From: Squalus acanthias
Lineage: Eukaryota
DNA: 64,000 nucleotides
Reading direction: 5' to 3'
NCBI GenBank assembly: GCA_030390025.1
Contig: CM059432.1
Location: 2,542,001-2,606,000 of the forward strand
Shown here piece after piece: positions 1 through 12,175 of the stretch. Under the pieces are notes generated by a model. It saw only the letters and a list, made by a program, of their open reading frames with translations, ran no database searches and was not told the origin of the DNA. Both the position numbers and the translations under genes were made by a program. Each line of letters opens with the position of its first letter. Positions within the stretch are counted from its first letter, which is position 1.

Positions 1-247
1 ATCTGCACTCTCAATTATCACAGAGAACCTTTGGTGGGAGTCGGGACTTAAGTTTTTGCAAAAACAAACTTAAGATGCAATTTTTTTCCCCCCTTTCCCT
101 TCAAACTCCTGGGTTCTTGATCTATCGGGATTTCCAGTGTCCATCTGAACGGGCAGGTCCGGTAGTTCGCTTTTTTGGTCAGGAGACTTCTTCGACAGCA
201 CCTCCCAAATCTGCGACCAACTACTGCTTTCATAGGAAGGGAAGAGC

Positions 248-600
248 TTACAATGAGACGTCTAGTTTGGCTCTCCATGCGCTGGCCTCCTGAGATGCCG
301 AGTGGAGAAATGAGGTGCCTCCAACGACAGATCTCAGTGGGCAGGTTGACGTGATGTGTTCCACGGTCTGGGACTCACGGCCACAGTCGCGCTTCAGGTC
401 GCCCCTCATCTTCCACTTGTGGAGCGGGTGGCCACATCGCGGATTGGGTAGAGCGCTGTCCGCTGTCTTCGAGGGAGGTCGAAGCCAGGGACCTCTGCTG
501 TTGGGTCAGTGATGAGGTGCTGGTTCTTCATGTTGCCGTGCACCCAAGGATTCCGCCCATCGGGAACAGTGGATCGATTCCAGCTGCAGGAATATTACCT
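248..600 (-). mobile_element. Degenerate 3' end of an Ingi/Vingi-like (I-group) non-LTR retrotransposon ORF
   Basis: Minus-strand translation with one frameshift: ...LITDPTAEVPGFDLPRRQ.../RCGHPLHKWKM..DCGRESQTVEHITSTCPLR..GG...LHSASQEASAWRAKLDVSL*. This resembles the PGFDLPR and CCHC C-terminus of Vingi/Ingi ORFs. Confidence 0.6.
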
Positions 601-627
601 GCTGTTTCCCAGAATTTTTTTTTAAAT

Positions 628-1604
628 TTCATTCATGGGATGTGGGCGTCGCTGGCAAGGCCAGCATTTATTGCCCATCCCTAATTGCCCCTGGAGAAGG
701 TGGTGGTGAGCCACCTTCTTGAACCGCTGCAGTCCGTGTGGTGAAGGTGCTCCCACAGTGCTGTTAGGGAGGGAGTTCCAGGATTTTGACCCAGCGACGA
801 TGAAGGAACGGCCGATATATTTCCAAGTCAGGATGGTGTGTGACTTGGAAGGGAACTTGGAGGTGGTGGTGTTCCCATGCGCCTGCTACTCTTGTCCTTC
901 TAAGTGGTAGAGGTCGCAGGTTTGGGAGGTGCTGCCGAAGAAGCCTTGGCGAGTTGCTGCAGTGCATCTTGTAGATGGTACACACTGCAGCTACGGTGCA
1001 CCGGTGGTGGAGGGAGTGAATATTTAAGGTGGTGGATGGGGTGTCAATCAAGCGGGCTGCTTTGTCCTGGATGGTGTTGAGCTTCTTCAGTGTTGTTGGA
1101 GCTGCACTCATCCAGGCAAGTGGAGAGTATTCCATCACACTCCTTACTTGTGCCTTGTAGATGGTGGAAAGGCTTTGGGGAGTCAAGAGGCGAGACATTT
1201 GCTGCAGAATACCTAGCCTCTGACCTGCTCTTGTTGCCACAGTATTTATGTGGCTGGTCCAGTTAAGTTTCTGGTCAATGGTGACCCCCAGGATGCTGAT
1301 GGTGAGGGATCCTGCGATGGTAATGCCGCTGAATGTCAAGGGGCGGTGGTAAGACGCTCGCTTGTTGGAGATAGTCATTGCCTGGCACTTGTGTGGCGCG
1401 AATGTTACCTGCCACTTATCAGCCCAAGCCTGTATGTTGTCCGGGTCTTGCTGCATGCGGGCATGGACTGCTTCATTATCTGAGGAGTTGCGAATGGCGC
1501 TGAACACTGTGCAGTCATCAGCGAAAATCCCCACTAGTGACCTTATGATGGAGGGCAGGTCATTGATGAAACAGCTGAAGATGGTTTGGCCGAGGGCACT
1601 GCCC
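628..1604 (-). mobile_element. CR1-group LINE 'family B', 5'-truncated (RT C-terminus and 3' UTR)
   Basis: ORF 764-1534 with FADD and LGVTIDQKLNW. The tail GGGCAATAAATGCTGGCCTTGCCAGCGACGCCCACATCCC is shared with other copies in the window. Confidence 0.85.
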
Positions 1605-2093
1605 TATCCCCATATTCCTTGATTCCCCTAGAGTCCAAAAATCTATCGATCTCAGCCTTGAATATACTCAACGACTGAGCACCCACAGCCCTTTGGGGTA
1701 GAGAATTCCAAAGATTCACAACCCTCTGAGTGAAGATATTCCTCCTCATCTCAGTCTTAAATAGCTGACCCCTTATCCGGAGACCATGCCCCCTATATGC
1801 AGGACTACAGGGAAAGGGCGGGAGAGTGGGACTAGCGGCGGTGATCTTGCAGAGAGCCGGCACGGGTTTGATGGGCCGAATGGCTTCCTACTGTGCTGTA
1901 ACCATTCTATTTTATGATTTCTAGACTCTCCAGCCAGGGGGAAACAACCTCTCAGCATCTACCCTGTCAAACCCCCTCAGAATCTTCTATGTTTCAATGA
2001 GATCACCTCTCATTCTTCGAAACTCCAGAGAGTATCGGCCCATTCTACACAATCTCTCATCATAGGACAGCCCTCTCATCCCAGGAACCAATC
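1605..2093 (-). mobile_element. CR1 (HER1-like) LINE 3' fragment
   Basis: Encodes RGHGLRIRG..FKTEMRRNIFTQRVVNLWNSLP, the typical CR1 ORF2 C-terminus. Confidence 0.85.
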
Positions 2094-2304
2094 AAGAGGT
2101 GTTGGATACACGCCCAAATCTGATGCAAACACATTCTGACCAACTAATTCCCCCTCCCACCTGAACCGTTTAAGAATGCAATATAACTGAAATTACTAAA
2201 CACGTTTGTTTTGCTACCTGAACCAAAAAATTACTGTCCAACAATACTGCAACATTTCCGAAAACCAGTCACAAGAAAATCACAAACTGACAGCAGAAGC
2301 GTCT

Positions 2305-2862
2305 CTGATGGCTCAATGTATAAGGTGTGGTGTCATGCAGTTGTACAACCGAGAAGGTTGAGACTCCAGAGACTTGAGCACAGAAATCTAGGCTGACACT
2401 CCAGTGCAGTGCTGAGGGAGTGCTGCACTGTCGGAGGGGCAGTGCTGAGGGAGCGCCGCACTTTCGGAGGGGCAGTGCTGAGGGAGCGCCGCACTGTCGG
2501 AGGGGCAGTACTGAGGGAGCGCCGCACTGTCGGAGGGGCCGTCTTACGGATCAGATGTTAAACCGAGGCCCCGTCTGCTCTCTCAGGTGGACGTAAAAGA
2601 TCCCATGGCACTATTTCGAAGAGGAGCAGAGGAGTTATCCCCAGTGTCCTGGCCAATATTTATCCCTCAATCAACATCACTAAAACAGATTATCTGGTCA
2701 TGATCACATTGCTGTTTGTGGGAGCTTGCTGTGCACAAATTGGCTGCCACGTTTCCTACATTACAACAGTGACTACACTTCAAAAAAACTACTTCATTGG
2801 TTGTAAAGCGCTTTGGGACATTCTGAGGTGGTGAAAGGCGCTTTAGAAATGCAAATTTTTCT
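2305..2862 (+). mobile_element. DeuSINE (SacSINE1-like) with about 4 tandem 33-bp units
   Basis: Degenerate tRNA-like head, Deu-type core (GTTAAACCGAGGCCCCGTCTG...AAAGATCCCATGGCAC), L2-like tail, and repeated units at about 2406-2540. Confidence 0.8.
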
Positions 2863-4069
2863 TGCTCAGGTTGATGGCTTTAAATCACTGGTCTGCATCA
2901 AGTTAGCTCATCTTTGCTGGGGGAGTGGTGGGGCCACGATAATTGATCTCAGTCTGTCTAATCTGTGAGGAGGTGATTGCAATGTATTGAGCGATCTTCG
3001 CTCAGAGAATGTGTGTGGATGTACAGAACTTGGCTGGGGTGTGATTCTGCCCAACCCGCACCCTAACCACCCAGGATAAATATCCTACCGACACTCATAG
3101 TCTAGACTCACACACAAAGACCGTTAAGTTTGAGCTAGTTACTCGAGGGCTGCTAGCACATTTTGGAAGCACATGTCGCATGCAAAGCTGAGATCGATAG
3201 ATTTTTGGACTCTCGGGGAATCCAGGGATATGGGGATCGGGCGGGAAAGTGGAGTTGAGGTCGAAGATCAGCCATGATCTTATTGAATGGCGGAGCAGGC
3301 TCGAGGGGCCGAATGGCCGACTCCTAGCTCTTATGTCATCATATTGAGAAGTACTTCTTCATACAAAAAGAGTGATTAGTACATGGAGTGGGCTTCCAGA
3401 TATATTGGGAGGTGAAAACATACAAAACTGATGGGCAGGAAAAGACCAGTTGGTCCAGCATGTCATGATGGCCAGAGCATCATGACCAGACTCTTTATTC
3501 CTCCCTCCCCTCCCCTCCCCCCAAAACACACTCCACAGCCATGTAATCTCCCCAGAGAGACAAATAAACAGAGGAAAAACTCCAGGGCCAATAAAGAAAA
3601 AAGAAACTCTGGAAAACTCCTCTCCGACCCCCGCAGGCGATCGAAACCCAGTCCGGGAGCTCACAGGGAACTGGAATCAATGAAGGAACAATGAGGTGTA
3701 ATGGCCGGGGTGTGGGGTTCACAACAGGTTCTATAAGGATAGATGAATTAAGATGGGCCGAATGGCCTTCCTCATCTGTAACTATCTGCTGACTCACTGC
3801 TTTTCAAGAGGGGGAAAAAAAGGGAGAAAAATCAGGGGAGTGGAAAGATAGGAAGAGATCAGAAACAGACAGAAGATAAAAGGCTGCGCAACATTCTTCG
3901 ATTCTCTCGGCAATGAAACACAGCTCGGATGGGAAGCACCATCTGAGGAAAGTGGACACTACAGATTATCCAAACAAAATGCATCAAAATATTTTCCATT
4001 GACATGACTGAAAATAACTTATAATAAAAAAGTCTGTGGGATGTTGTCCAGAGGATACATAGAATGGAC

Positions 4070-4388
4070 ATTCGAATGAGACGTTAAACCGAGGCCCCGT
4101 CTGCCCTCTCGGGTGGATGTAAAAGATCCCACGGCCACTATTTCGAAGAAGAGCAGGGGAGTTCTCCCCGGTGTCCTGGGCCAATATTTATCCCTCAATC
4201 AACATCACTAAAAAAAACAGGTTATCTGGTCATTGCTGTTTGTGGGAGCTTGCTGTGCGCAAATTGGCTGCTGCGTTTCCTACATTACAACAGTGACTCC
4301 ACTTCAAAAGTATTTCATTGGCTGTAAAGCGCTTTGGGACGTCCTGAGGTGGTGAAAGGCGCTATATAAATGTAAGTCTTCCTTTCCT
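4070..4388 (+). mobile_element. DeuSINE, 5'-truncated
   Basis: Core and tail closely match the other copies. Confidence 0.8.
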
Positions 4389-4481
4389 TCCGGATATTAC
4401 ATCCATCAATATACGTCACCACCTCATCACCAAGTCTCATCCACAACAAGCCATTCCCTGCTTATATTTATCAGATCAGCT

Positions 4482-5117
4482 CAACAACAACAACTTGTAT
4501 TTATATAGCGCCTTCAACATAGTAAAACGTCCCAAGGTGCTTCACAGGAGCAATTATCAAACAAAATTTAATATCGAGCCACATGAGATATTAGGGCAGG
4601 TGACCAAAAGCTTGGTCAAAGAGGTAGGTTTTAAGGAGCGTCTTAAAGGAGGAGAGAGAGGAGGAGGCGCGGAGAGGTTTAGGGAGGGAATTCCAGAGCC
4701 GAGGGCCTAGGCAGCTGAAGGCACGGCCACCAATGGTGGAGCGATTAAAATCGGGGATGCGCAAGAGGTCAGAATTGGAGGAGCGCAGAGATCTCGGAGG
4801 GTTGCAGGCAATGTTTCCGTTAATTTTTTTTTGGGTGCTCGGCCCCTTTACGATTGAAAATACCGCGCATGCCTGGTTTCTCCTATTGAAAAGACGGCAA
4901 GCCAGCTGTGTGGGAGGTACAGAGCGCTGTACAGCTTAAAGGGAACATTGGCTGTAGGAGGTTACAGAGGTAGGGAGGGGGGGCGAGGCCATGGAGGGAT
5001 TTGAAAACAAGGATGAGAATTTTAAAATCGAGGCGTTGCTCAAACGGGGAGCCAATGTCGGTCAGCGAGCACAGGGGGTGAGAGGGGTGAACGGGACTTG
5101 GTGCGAGTTAGGACACG
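4482..5117 (-). mobile_element. L2 LINE 3' fragment interrupted by a hAT MITE
   Basis: Minus strand reads TIGGRAFSCLGP..WNSLP and ends in the tail AAGGCGCTATATAAATACAAG(TTG)n. Confidence 0.8.
4809..4950. mobile_element. Short hAT-type MITE (CAATGTTCCC family)
   Basis: TIRs CAATGTTTCC / GGGAACATTG. Same family as the copies with perfect 8-bp TSDs. Confidence 0.75.
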
Positions 5118-5529
5118 ACTCCCCATCTCCCTTCCAGTTGCTCGAAGTTAGTTTGGGGACTGCAGACAGTTCATGTCTCCTGTCAATAGTCTTGATGGGG
5201 AACGCACTGCTGCGGTCAGGACTGCTTTTGTAGGAGTTTCCTCCACTCGGGGACGGGAGTACTCTGTACCCCATCGGGTGGCCTTGGCTAGGAACTAACT
5301 ATCGGAGAGTTAGAATATCAGCCAATACCGGACTCGAACACTTTGGGGTGGCAAGGCAGAAGCTTGATCATGAGATACTGCACCCTCTCCCACTTCAATG
5401 GCCACAACATTTAATTCATTGGTTCGATGGATTATGAAATGGACAAGTAAACTCAACTTGTTTTGTTTTTAAGAATTCCCAGTCTTTTTATTCCCATTGT
5501 CTGGGCCAAGAACAGCAAATAAAACAAAA

Positions 5530-5945
5530 AGACTTGCATTTCTCCAGCGCCTTTCACCACCTCAGGACGTCCCAAAGCGCTTTACAGCCAATGAAGTACT
5601 TTTTGAAGTGGAGTCACTGTTGTAATGCTGGAAACGCGGCAGTCAATTTGCGCACAGCAAGCTCCCACAAACAGCAAGGTGATAATGATCAGATAATCTG
5701 TTTTTAGTGATGTTGGTTGAGGGATAAATATTGGCCCAGGACACCGGGGGATAACTCCCCTGCTCTTCTTCGAAATAATGCCATGGGATCTTTTAAATCC
5801 ACCCCAGAGGGCAGAAAACCGGCACCTCCGACAGTGCAGCGTTCTCTCAGTGTTAGCCTTTGTGCTCAAGTCTCCGGAGCGGGACTTGAACCCACAACCT
5901 TCTGACTCGGAGGCGAGGGTGCTGCCCACTGAGCCACGGCTGACA
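5530..5945 (-). mobile_element. DeuSINE
   Basis: tRNA-derived head (TGGCTCAGTGGG, GGTTCAAGTCC) on the minus strand, core with an internal deletion, and tail. Confidence 0.8.
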
Positions 5946-6377
5946 CGATGCCCCCAGATCTCAGCACATCCCACTCTGAACTAGCTCCCCTGAAAGGCGA
6001 TTTTGGTTTTAAATCCTTCCTCTCCCCCCCACCCCACATCCATCAGGCACCCTTGGTTTCCTTCCCAAGTAGTATACGCAAGCCTGCAGGATGACCGTCG
6101 ACCGGCCATGCGACTGTGTGGGCATCACAGCTGAGCCAGATCCTTTATTCACTTGTTGAGTTTTGTAATGACTGGGTTTTCTGACAAAAGATCAGAAGCA
6201 AGAATTCTGGCTGATGTTGGCCCCCAACTCCCTTCCCCAAGCACATCGACACCAATTATAATGCTTCATCCAGGCTGTTAGACTGAATTTCCCCCCCCCC
6301 CCTCTACACTTAAGTACAACAATGTGCTTCAGTCCAGTGGATCAGGCTCCTGTTTGTAAAATAAATTTGATTTTAGA

Positions 6378-6902
6378 ATCATAGAAATTCAGGACACAGA
6401 AGGAGGCCATTCAGCCCAACGTGTCTGTGCCGGCCGACAAAGAGCTCTCCAGCCTAATCCCACTTTCCAGCTCTTGGTCCGTAGCCCTGTAGGTTACGGC
6501 ACTTCAGGGGCATATCCAAGTACTTTTTAAATGTGATGAGGGTTTCTGCCTCTACCACCCTTTCAGGCAGTGAGTTCCAGACCCCCACCACCCTCCTGAG
6601 TGAAAAAAGTTCTCCTCAACTCCCCTCTAATTCTTCCACCAATTACTTTAAATCTATGCCTCCTGGTTATTGACCTCTTTGCTAAGGGAAATAGGTCCTT
6701 CCTATCCACTCTATCTAGGCCCCTCATAATTTTATACCCCTCAATTAAGTCTCCCCTCAGCCTCCTCTGTTGCAAAGAAAACAACCCCAGCCTATCCAAT
6801 CTTTCCTCAGAGCTAAAATTCTCCAGCCCAGGCAACATCCTCGTAAATCTCCTCCGTACCCTCTCCAGTGCGATCACACCTTTCCTGTAATGTGGTGACC
6901 AC
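6378..6902 (-). mobile_element. CR1 LINE 3' fragment abutting the SS18 exon 10 donor
   Basis: ORF 6563-6925 [30 protein letters not shown]. Confidence 0.85.
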
Positions 6903-6936
6903 ATTGATTTGCGTAAACACGGCACACATCCCGTAC

Positions 6937-7064
6937 CTGGTCATACCCATAAGGCCTCTGCTGCTGCTGTGGGGGGCCGGGTTGGGGGGGTCTGTATCCT
7001 CCGTACTGCTGACCTTGAGCTTGAGGATAGTTGGTGTACTGGCTTGGAGCAGCTTGTGAAGGAC
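6937..7064 (-). CDS. SS18: SS18 coding exon (human exon 10 equivalent), 128 nt
   Basis: cag|GT CCT TCA...TAT GAC CAG|gtac. Encodes GPSQAAPSQYTNYPQAQGQQYGGYRPPQPGPPQQQQRPYGYDQ, matching the SS18 QPGY C-terminus. Confidence 0.95.
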
Positions 7065-7848
7065 CTGCAAGCAGAAAAGTATTTCAAATCAATCAAACAC
7101 ACTGAAATATTGTACTTCCCAGTTTCGCAGCCGATTCACACTTGGGTGGTGGGAGGGAGCTGAGAAATAGGGGGCGTAGCCTTAAAATTAGAGCTAGGCT
7201 GTTCAGGGGTGATGTCAGGAAACATTTCTTCACACAAAGTGTAGTGGAAACCTGGAACAGAAGAACTAGGAGCAGGAGTCGGCCATACGGCCCCTCGAGC
7301 CTACTCCGCCATTCAATAAGATCATGGCTGATCTTCACCCTCAACACTTTCCCGCCCGATCCCCATATCCCTTGATTCCCCTAGAGCCCAAAATCTATCG
7401 ATCTCAGCCTTGAATATACTCAGCGACTGAGCCTCCACAGCCCTCTGGGGCAGAGAATTCCAAAGATTCACAACACTCTGAGTGAAGAAATTGCTCAGCT
7501 CAGTTCAAAATGGCCGACCCCTTATCCTGAGACTCTGCCCCCGAGTTCTAGACTCTCCACCCAGGGGGAAACAGCCTCTCAGCATCTACCCTGTCAATCC
7601 CCCTCAGAATTTGATACGTTTCAATGAGCTGTTGAGGTTGGGGGTGATGGGTGAACGGGCCTTGGTGCGAGTGAGGATACAGGCAGCAGAGTTTTGGATC
7701 AGCTCAAGTTTACGACCAAAAGCTTAAAGCAAAGCTGCTATTGCACCAGACAAATTAATAGCCAGGTTTATGTATTTAAAAAGACTTAAAAATAAGGATT
7801 TTTTTTTTTTTACAATATATATGTTAATTGTTGAGAACAGTCTTCCAT

Positions 7849-8298
7849 CTCAGCTGTGGCTCAGTGGGTAGCACTCTCGCCTCTGAGGCCGAAGGTTGTG
7901 GGTTCAAGTCCCACTCCAGAGACTTGAGCACAAAAATCTCGGCTGACACTCCCAGTGCAGTACTGAGGGAGTGCTGCACTGTCGGAGGTGCCGTCTTTCG
8001 GATGAGAGGTTAAGCTGAGACCCCGTCTGCCCCCTCAGGTGGACGTAAAGGATCCCACGGTCACTATTTTGAAGAAGAGCAAGGGGGAGTTCTCCCCGGT
8101 GTCCTGGGGCCAATATTTATCACTCAATCAACATCACAAAAACAGGTTATCTGGTCATTTATCACATTGCTGTTTGTGGGAGCTTGCTGTGCGCAAATTG
8201 GCTGCTGTGTTTCCCACATTACAACAGCAACTGCACTTCATTGGCTGTAAAGTGTCCGGTGGTCGTGAAAGGCGCTATAGAAATGCAAGTCCTTTCTT
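7849..8298 (+). mobile_element. DeuSINE, near full length
   Basis: Pol III A box TGGCTCAGTGGG, B box GGTTCAAGTCC, Deu core, L2-like tail. Confidence 0.85.
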
Positions 8299-8415
8299 TG
8301 TTTATCATTGTTTTGTTTTTAAATTTCCCAACAAACACCAGTGTGTGCGGCAATCTTTGATGCTTTTGGTAAATTCTTGGACTGGATTTTATGGTGAGAC
8401 TTGGAAAAAAAAATA

Positions 8416-8956
8416 TTCATTCTCTGGATGTGGGCGTCCCGACTTGTCCGTGAGAAGGTGCTGGCGGGCCGCCTTCTTAAACCGCTGCAGTCCGTGTGGT
8501 GAAGTGGTTTAGATACAACGGAGTGACTCGCTCGGCTATTCAGAGGGCAGTTAAGAGTGAATCACGTCGGCGTGGGGACTGGAGTCACGAATAGGCCCAG
8601 ACCAGGGAAGGACGGCAGGTTGGTTTCCTACAGTACAACGTTAGTCTGTGTCCAGGATACGCTTCAACAGGGCTTCACCGGCTGGAAAGCACTTTGGGTC
8701 GTCCAGAGGTGGTGAAAGGCGCCGGAGAAATGCAAGACTATCTTTCCTTCCCTAAAGGACAGTCGTGAACCAGTTGGGGTTTTTTTTGTTTTTTGTTGAA
8801 CGTGACAATCCGACAGCTTCATGGGTCACTTTTACTGATAAGAGCTTTTTAAAAAAAAAATTTAAAAATTGAATTCAAATTCCCAAACTGCCTAGGGTGG
8901 GATTTGAACTTACATTGTCTGGATTATTAGACCAGTAACATAACCATTACACCAGC
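8416..8956 (-). mobile_element. tRNA-derived SINE with a Meta-domain-like core and family-B LINE tail, interrupted by a DeuSINE tail fragment (about 8621-8742)
   Basis: Minus strand: GGTGTAATGGTT...GTTCAAATCCC head, core CTGGTTCAC..GTCCTTTAGGGAAGGAAA..CCTGCCGTCCTT..GTGACTCCAG..CTCTTAACTGCCCTCTG, tail CCACACGGACTGCAGCGGTT..GACGCCCACATCC. Confidence 0.65.
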
Positions 8957-9110
8957 GTGCCACAGAAGAGTTGACATGGTGCTAGGCAGTGAGGTGGAAA
9001 GTCGAATCTACACCATGTTCAATTTCTGCCGACCAATAGGATGGGCAATAAATGCCGGCCCGGTCACGGAGGCCCACATCCCAGGATGAATTAAAAAAAC
9101 TGGTCTCGAG

Positions 9111-11708
9111 CAGAGGCTCTCAAACTTCTTTCTCAAATGGATTAGTAATCACGGACCCCCATCTAAAATTTAATTCCAACACTATATATAATATATTTGG
9201 AAGCTGATATTTCCCTACCCACACAGCTGCCGTGGTAGCCAAATTCTCTCTCTATTTTATTTTCCCGCTGATCAGGCACACAGGAGAGGGGGCGCGGCCA
9301 TGTTCAAACTGGCCGCACGTGACCAGATATTACTGCTCGGAATGGTTCGTTGACAAGACGTCGTGCGGCGATTAGAAGAGGATCACGCCAATCATTAGCA
9401 GCACGCTGGCGAGGGATTGGAAATTCTCGCGCGCAACTGCGATGATGGCTGAAAGTGCAGCGTTCAGTACACCAGCACAGACTGTGTGTGGGGTTCAGTA
9501 CACCAGCACAGACTGTGTGTGGGGTTCAGTACACCAGCACAGGGCTGTGTGCAGGGTTCAGTACACCAGCACAGGGCTGTGCGCAGAGTTCAGTACACCA
9601 GCACAGGGCTGTGTGCGGGGTTCAGTACACCAGCACTGGGCTGTGTGCAGGGTTCAGTACACCAGCACAGACTGTGTGCAGGGTTCAGTACACCAGCACA
9701 GGGCTGTGTGTGCGCAGGGTTCAGTACACCAGCACAGGGCTGTGTGCAGAGTTCAGTACACCAGCACAGGGCTGTGTGTGGGGTTCAGTACACCAGCACA
9801 GGGCTGTGTGTGGGGTTCAGTACACCAGCACAGGGCTGTGCGTGCAGGGTTCAGTACACCAGCACAGGGCTGTGTGTGTGTGAGGTTCAGTACACCAGCA
9901 CAGGGCTGTGTGTGTGTGGGGTTCAGTACACCAGCACAGGGCTGTGTGTGTGCGGGGTTCAGTACACCAGCACAGGGCTGTGTGTGTGCAGGGTTCAGTA
10001 CACCAGCACAGGGCTGTGTGTGTGCAGGGTTCAGTACACCAGCACAGGGCTGTGTGTGTGCAGGGTTCAGTACACCAGCACAGGGCTGTGTGCGGGGTTC
10101 AGTACACCAGCACAGGGCTGTGTGTGGGGTTCAGTACACCAGCACAGGGCTGTGTGTGCAGGGTTCAGTACACCAGCACAGGGCTGTGTGTGTGTGAGGT
10201 TCAGTACACCAGCACAGGGCTGTGTGTGCGCGGGGTTCAGTACACCAGCACAGGGCTGTGTGCAGGGTTCAGTACACCAGCACAGGGCTGTGTGTGCAGG
10301 GTTCAGTACACCAGCACAGGGCTGTGTGTGGGGTTCAGTACACCAGCACAGGGCTGTGTGTGTGCGCAGGGTTCAGTACACCAGCACAGGGCTGTGTGTG
10401 TGTGAGGTTCAGTACACCAGCACAGGGCTGTGTGTGTGCGGGGTTCAGTACACCAGCACAGGGCTGTGTGTGGGGTTCAGTACACCAGCACAGGGCTGTG
10501 TGTGTGTGAGGTTCAGTACACCAGCACAGGGCTGTGTGTGTGTGAGGTTCAGTACACCAGCACAGGGCTGTGTGTGTGCAGGGTTCAGTACACCAGCACA
10601 GGGCTGTGTGTGGGGTTCAGTACACCAGCACAGGGCTGTGTGTGTGTGGGGTTCAGTTCACCAGCACAGGGCTGTGTGTGTGGGGTTCAGTACACCAGCA
10701 CAGGGCTGTGTGTGTGCAGGGTTCAGTACACCAGCACAGGGCTGTGTGTGGGGTTCAGTACACCAGCACAGGGCTGTGTGTGTGTGGGGTTCAGTACACC
10801 AGCACAGGGCTGTGTGTGTGTGGGGTTCAGTACACCAGCACAGGGCTGTGTGTGTGTGGGGTTCAGTACACCAGCACAGGGCTGTGTGTGTGTGGGGTTC
10901 AGTACACCAGCACAGGGCTGTGTGTGTGTGGGGTTCAGTACACCAGCACAGGGCTGTGTGTGTGTGGGGTTCAGTACACCAGCACAGGGCTGTGTGTGTG
11001 TGGGGTTCAGTACACCAGCACAGGGCTGTGTGTGTGTGGGGTTCAGTACACCAGCACAGGGCTGTGTGTGTGGGGTTCAGTTCACCAGCACAGGGCTGTG
11101 TGTGTGTGGGGTTCAGTACACCAACACAGGGCTGTGTGTGTGTGGGGTTCAGTACACCAACACAGGGCTGTGTGTGGGGTTCAGTTCACCAGCACAGGGC
11201 TGTGTGTGGGGTTCAGTACACCAGCACAGGGCTGTGTATGCAGGGTTCAGTACACCAGCACAGGGCTGTGTGCGGGGTTCAGTACACCAGCACAGGGCTG
11301 TGTGCGGGGTTCAGTACACCAGCACAGGGCTGTGTGTGTGCAGGGTTCAGTACACCAGCACAGGGCTGTGTGTGTGTGAGGTTCAGTACACCAGCACAGG
11401 GCTGTGTGTGTGTGCGGGGTTCAGTACACCAGCACAGGGCTGTGTGTGTGTGGGGTTCAGTACACCAGCACAGGGCTGTGTGTGGGGTTCAGTACACCAG
11501 CACAGGGCTGTGTGTGGGGTTCAGTACACCAGCACGGACTGTGTGTGTGAGGTTCAGTACACCAACACAGGGCTGTGTGCAGAGTTCAGTACACCAGCAC
11601 AGGGCTGTGTGTGCAGGGTTCAGTACACCAGCACAGGGCTGTGTGTGTGCGGGGTTCAGTACACCACCCCGTGGAATGTCTCCGCTGACCCAGGTTTGAG
11701 AACCACTG
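9111..11708. mobile_element. Non-autonomous hAT (Charlie-type) element containing a minisatellite
   Basis: TIRs CAGAGGCTCTCAAAC / GTTTGAGAACCACTG. Flanks GTCTCGAG / GTCCAGAG match at 6 of 8 and resemble NTCTAGAN. Subterminal GGACCCC-like motifs. Confidence 0.7.
9455..11666. repeat. Minisatellite, roughly 60-65 units of about 31-38 bp
   Basis: Near-invariant GTTCAGTACACCAGCACAGGGCT followed by variable (GT)n and CAGG/CGGG/GGG/GAG. Confidence 0.97.
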
Positions 11709-12072
11709 GTCCAGAGAATAGCACGAGCATCAGAAAGTACAGCACGGTGCCTTACATGGCTGAGCGAGTAAACGCACTGCATGATATGCATACACATCAG
11801 AAAGCTCCCAGCATCACTCGGATTCAGTCTTCCGAGTTTCAGAGCGGAAATCAGCTTGGCTGGTACGAGGGGACTCCACAATTAGCCTGTGCCCCAGGCC
11901 CAGGATGTGTCGCGTCGCTATCTCGATCCTGGTAGCGCACGGGTCTCAGATTCACAATTAACAGTACAGGATCAGATTTGATATCCTGCACAAACAGATG
12001 GGAAAAGGTTACCGAAAACGACAGGCACGAAAAGATCAGCTGGTCCATCAAGCCTGCCCCACACAACACCAC

Positions 12073-12175
12073 CAATGTTCCCTTCAATATAATTTTTGGG
12101 GGCGTGCGGTTTTTTCCAGATTTAAAAGTCGGCGAGCCAGCTGCATTGGCGCGGCGCAGCTTAGAGAGAACACCG
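12073..12175. mobile_element. hAT-type MITE (CAATGTTCCC family)
   Basis: Perfect 8-bp TSD AACACCAC at 12065-72 and 12176-83. Confidence 0.8.

Noticed and set aside
1..6936. SS18 terminal exon (GQYGNYQQ*); likewise exon 2 above 50590
   Set aside because: No matching sequence was found by eye, so both are presumed to be outside the window.
7849..7920. tRNA genes at A/B-box sequences
   Set aside because: Each continues directly into a SINE body with no terminator or complete cloverleaf, so they are SINE heads.
9455..11666. CRISPR-like array or long Cys/Val-rich ORFs (up to 737 aa)
   Set aside because: The 'spacers' are only (GT)n variants rather than unique sequences, there are no cas genes, and the context is a vertebrate intron. 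The ORFs are overlapping translations of a stop-poor repeat.
9455..11666. RAG recombination signal array (CACAG heptamer-like)
   Set aside because: CACAGGG is not the consensus heptamer and there is no ACAAAAACC nonamer at 12 or 23 spacing.
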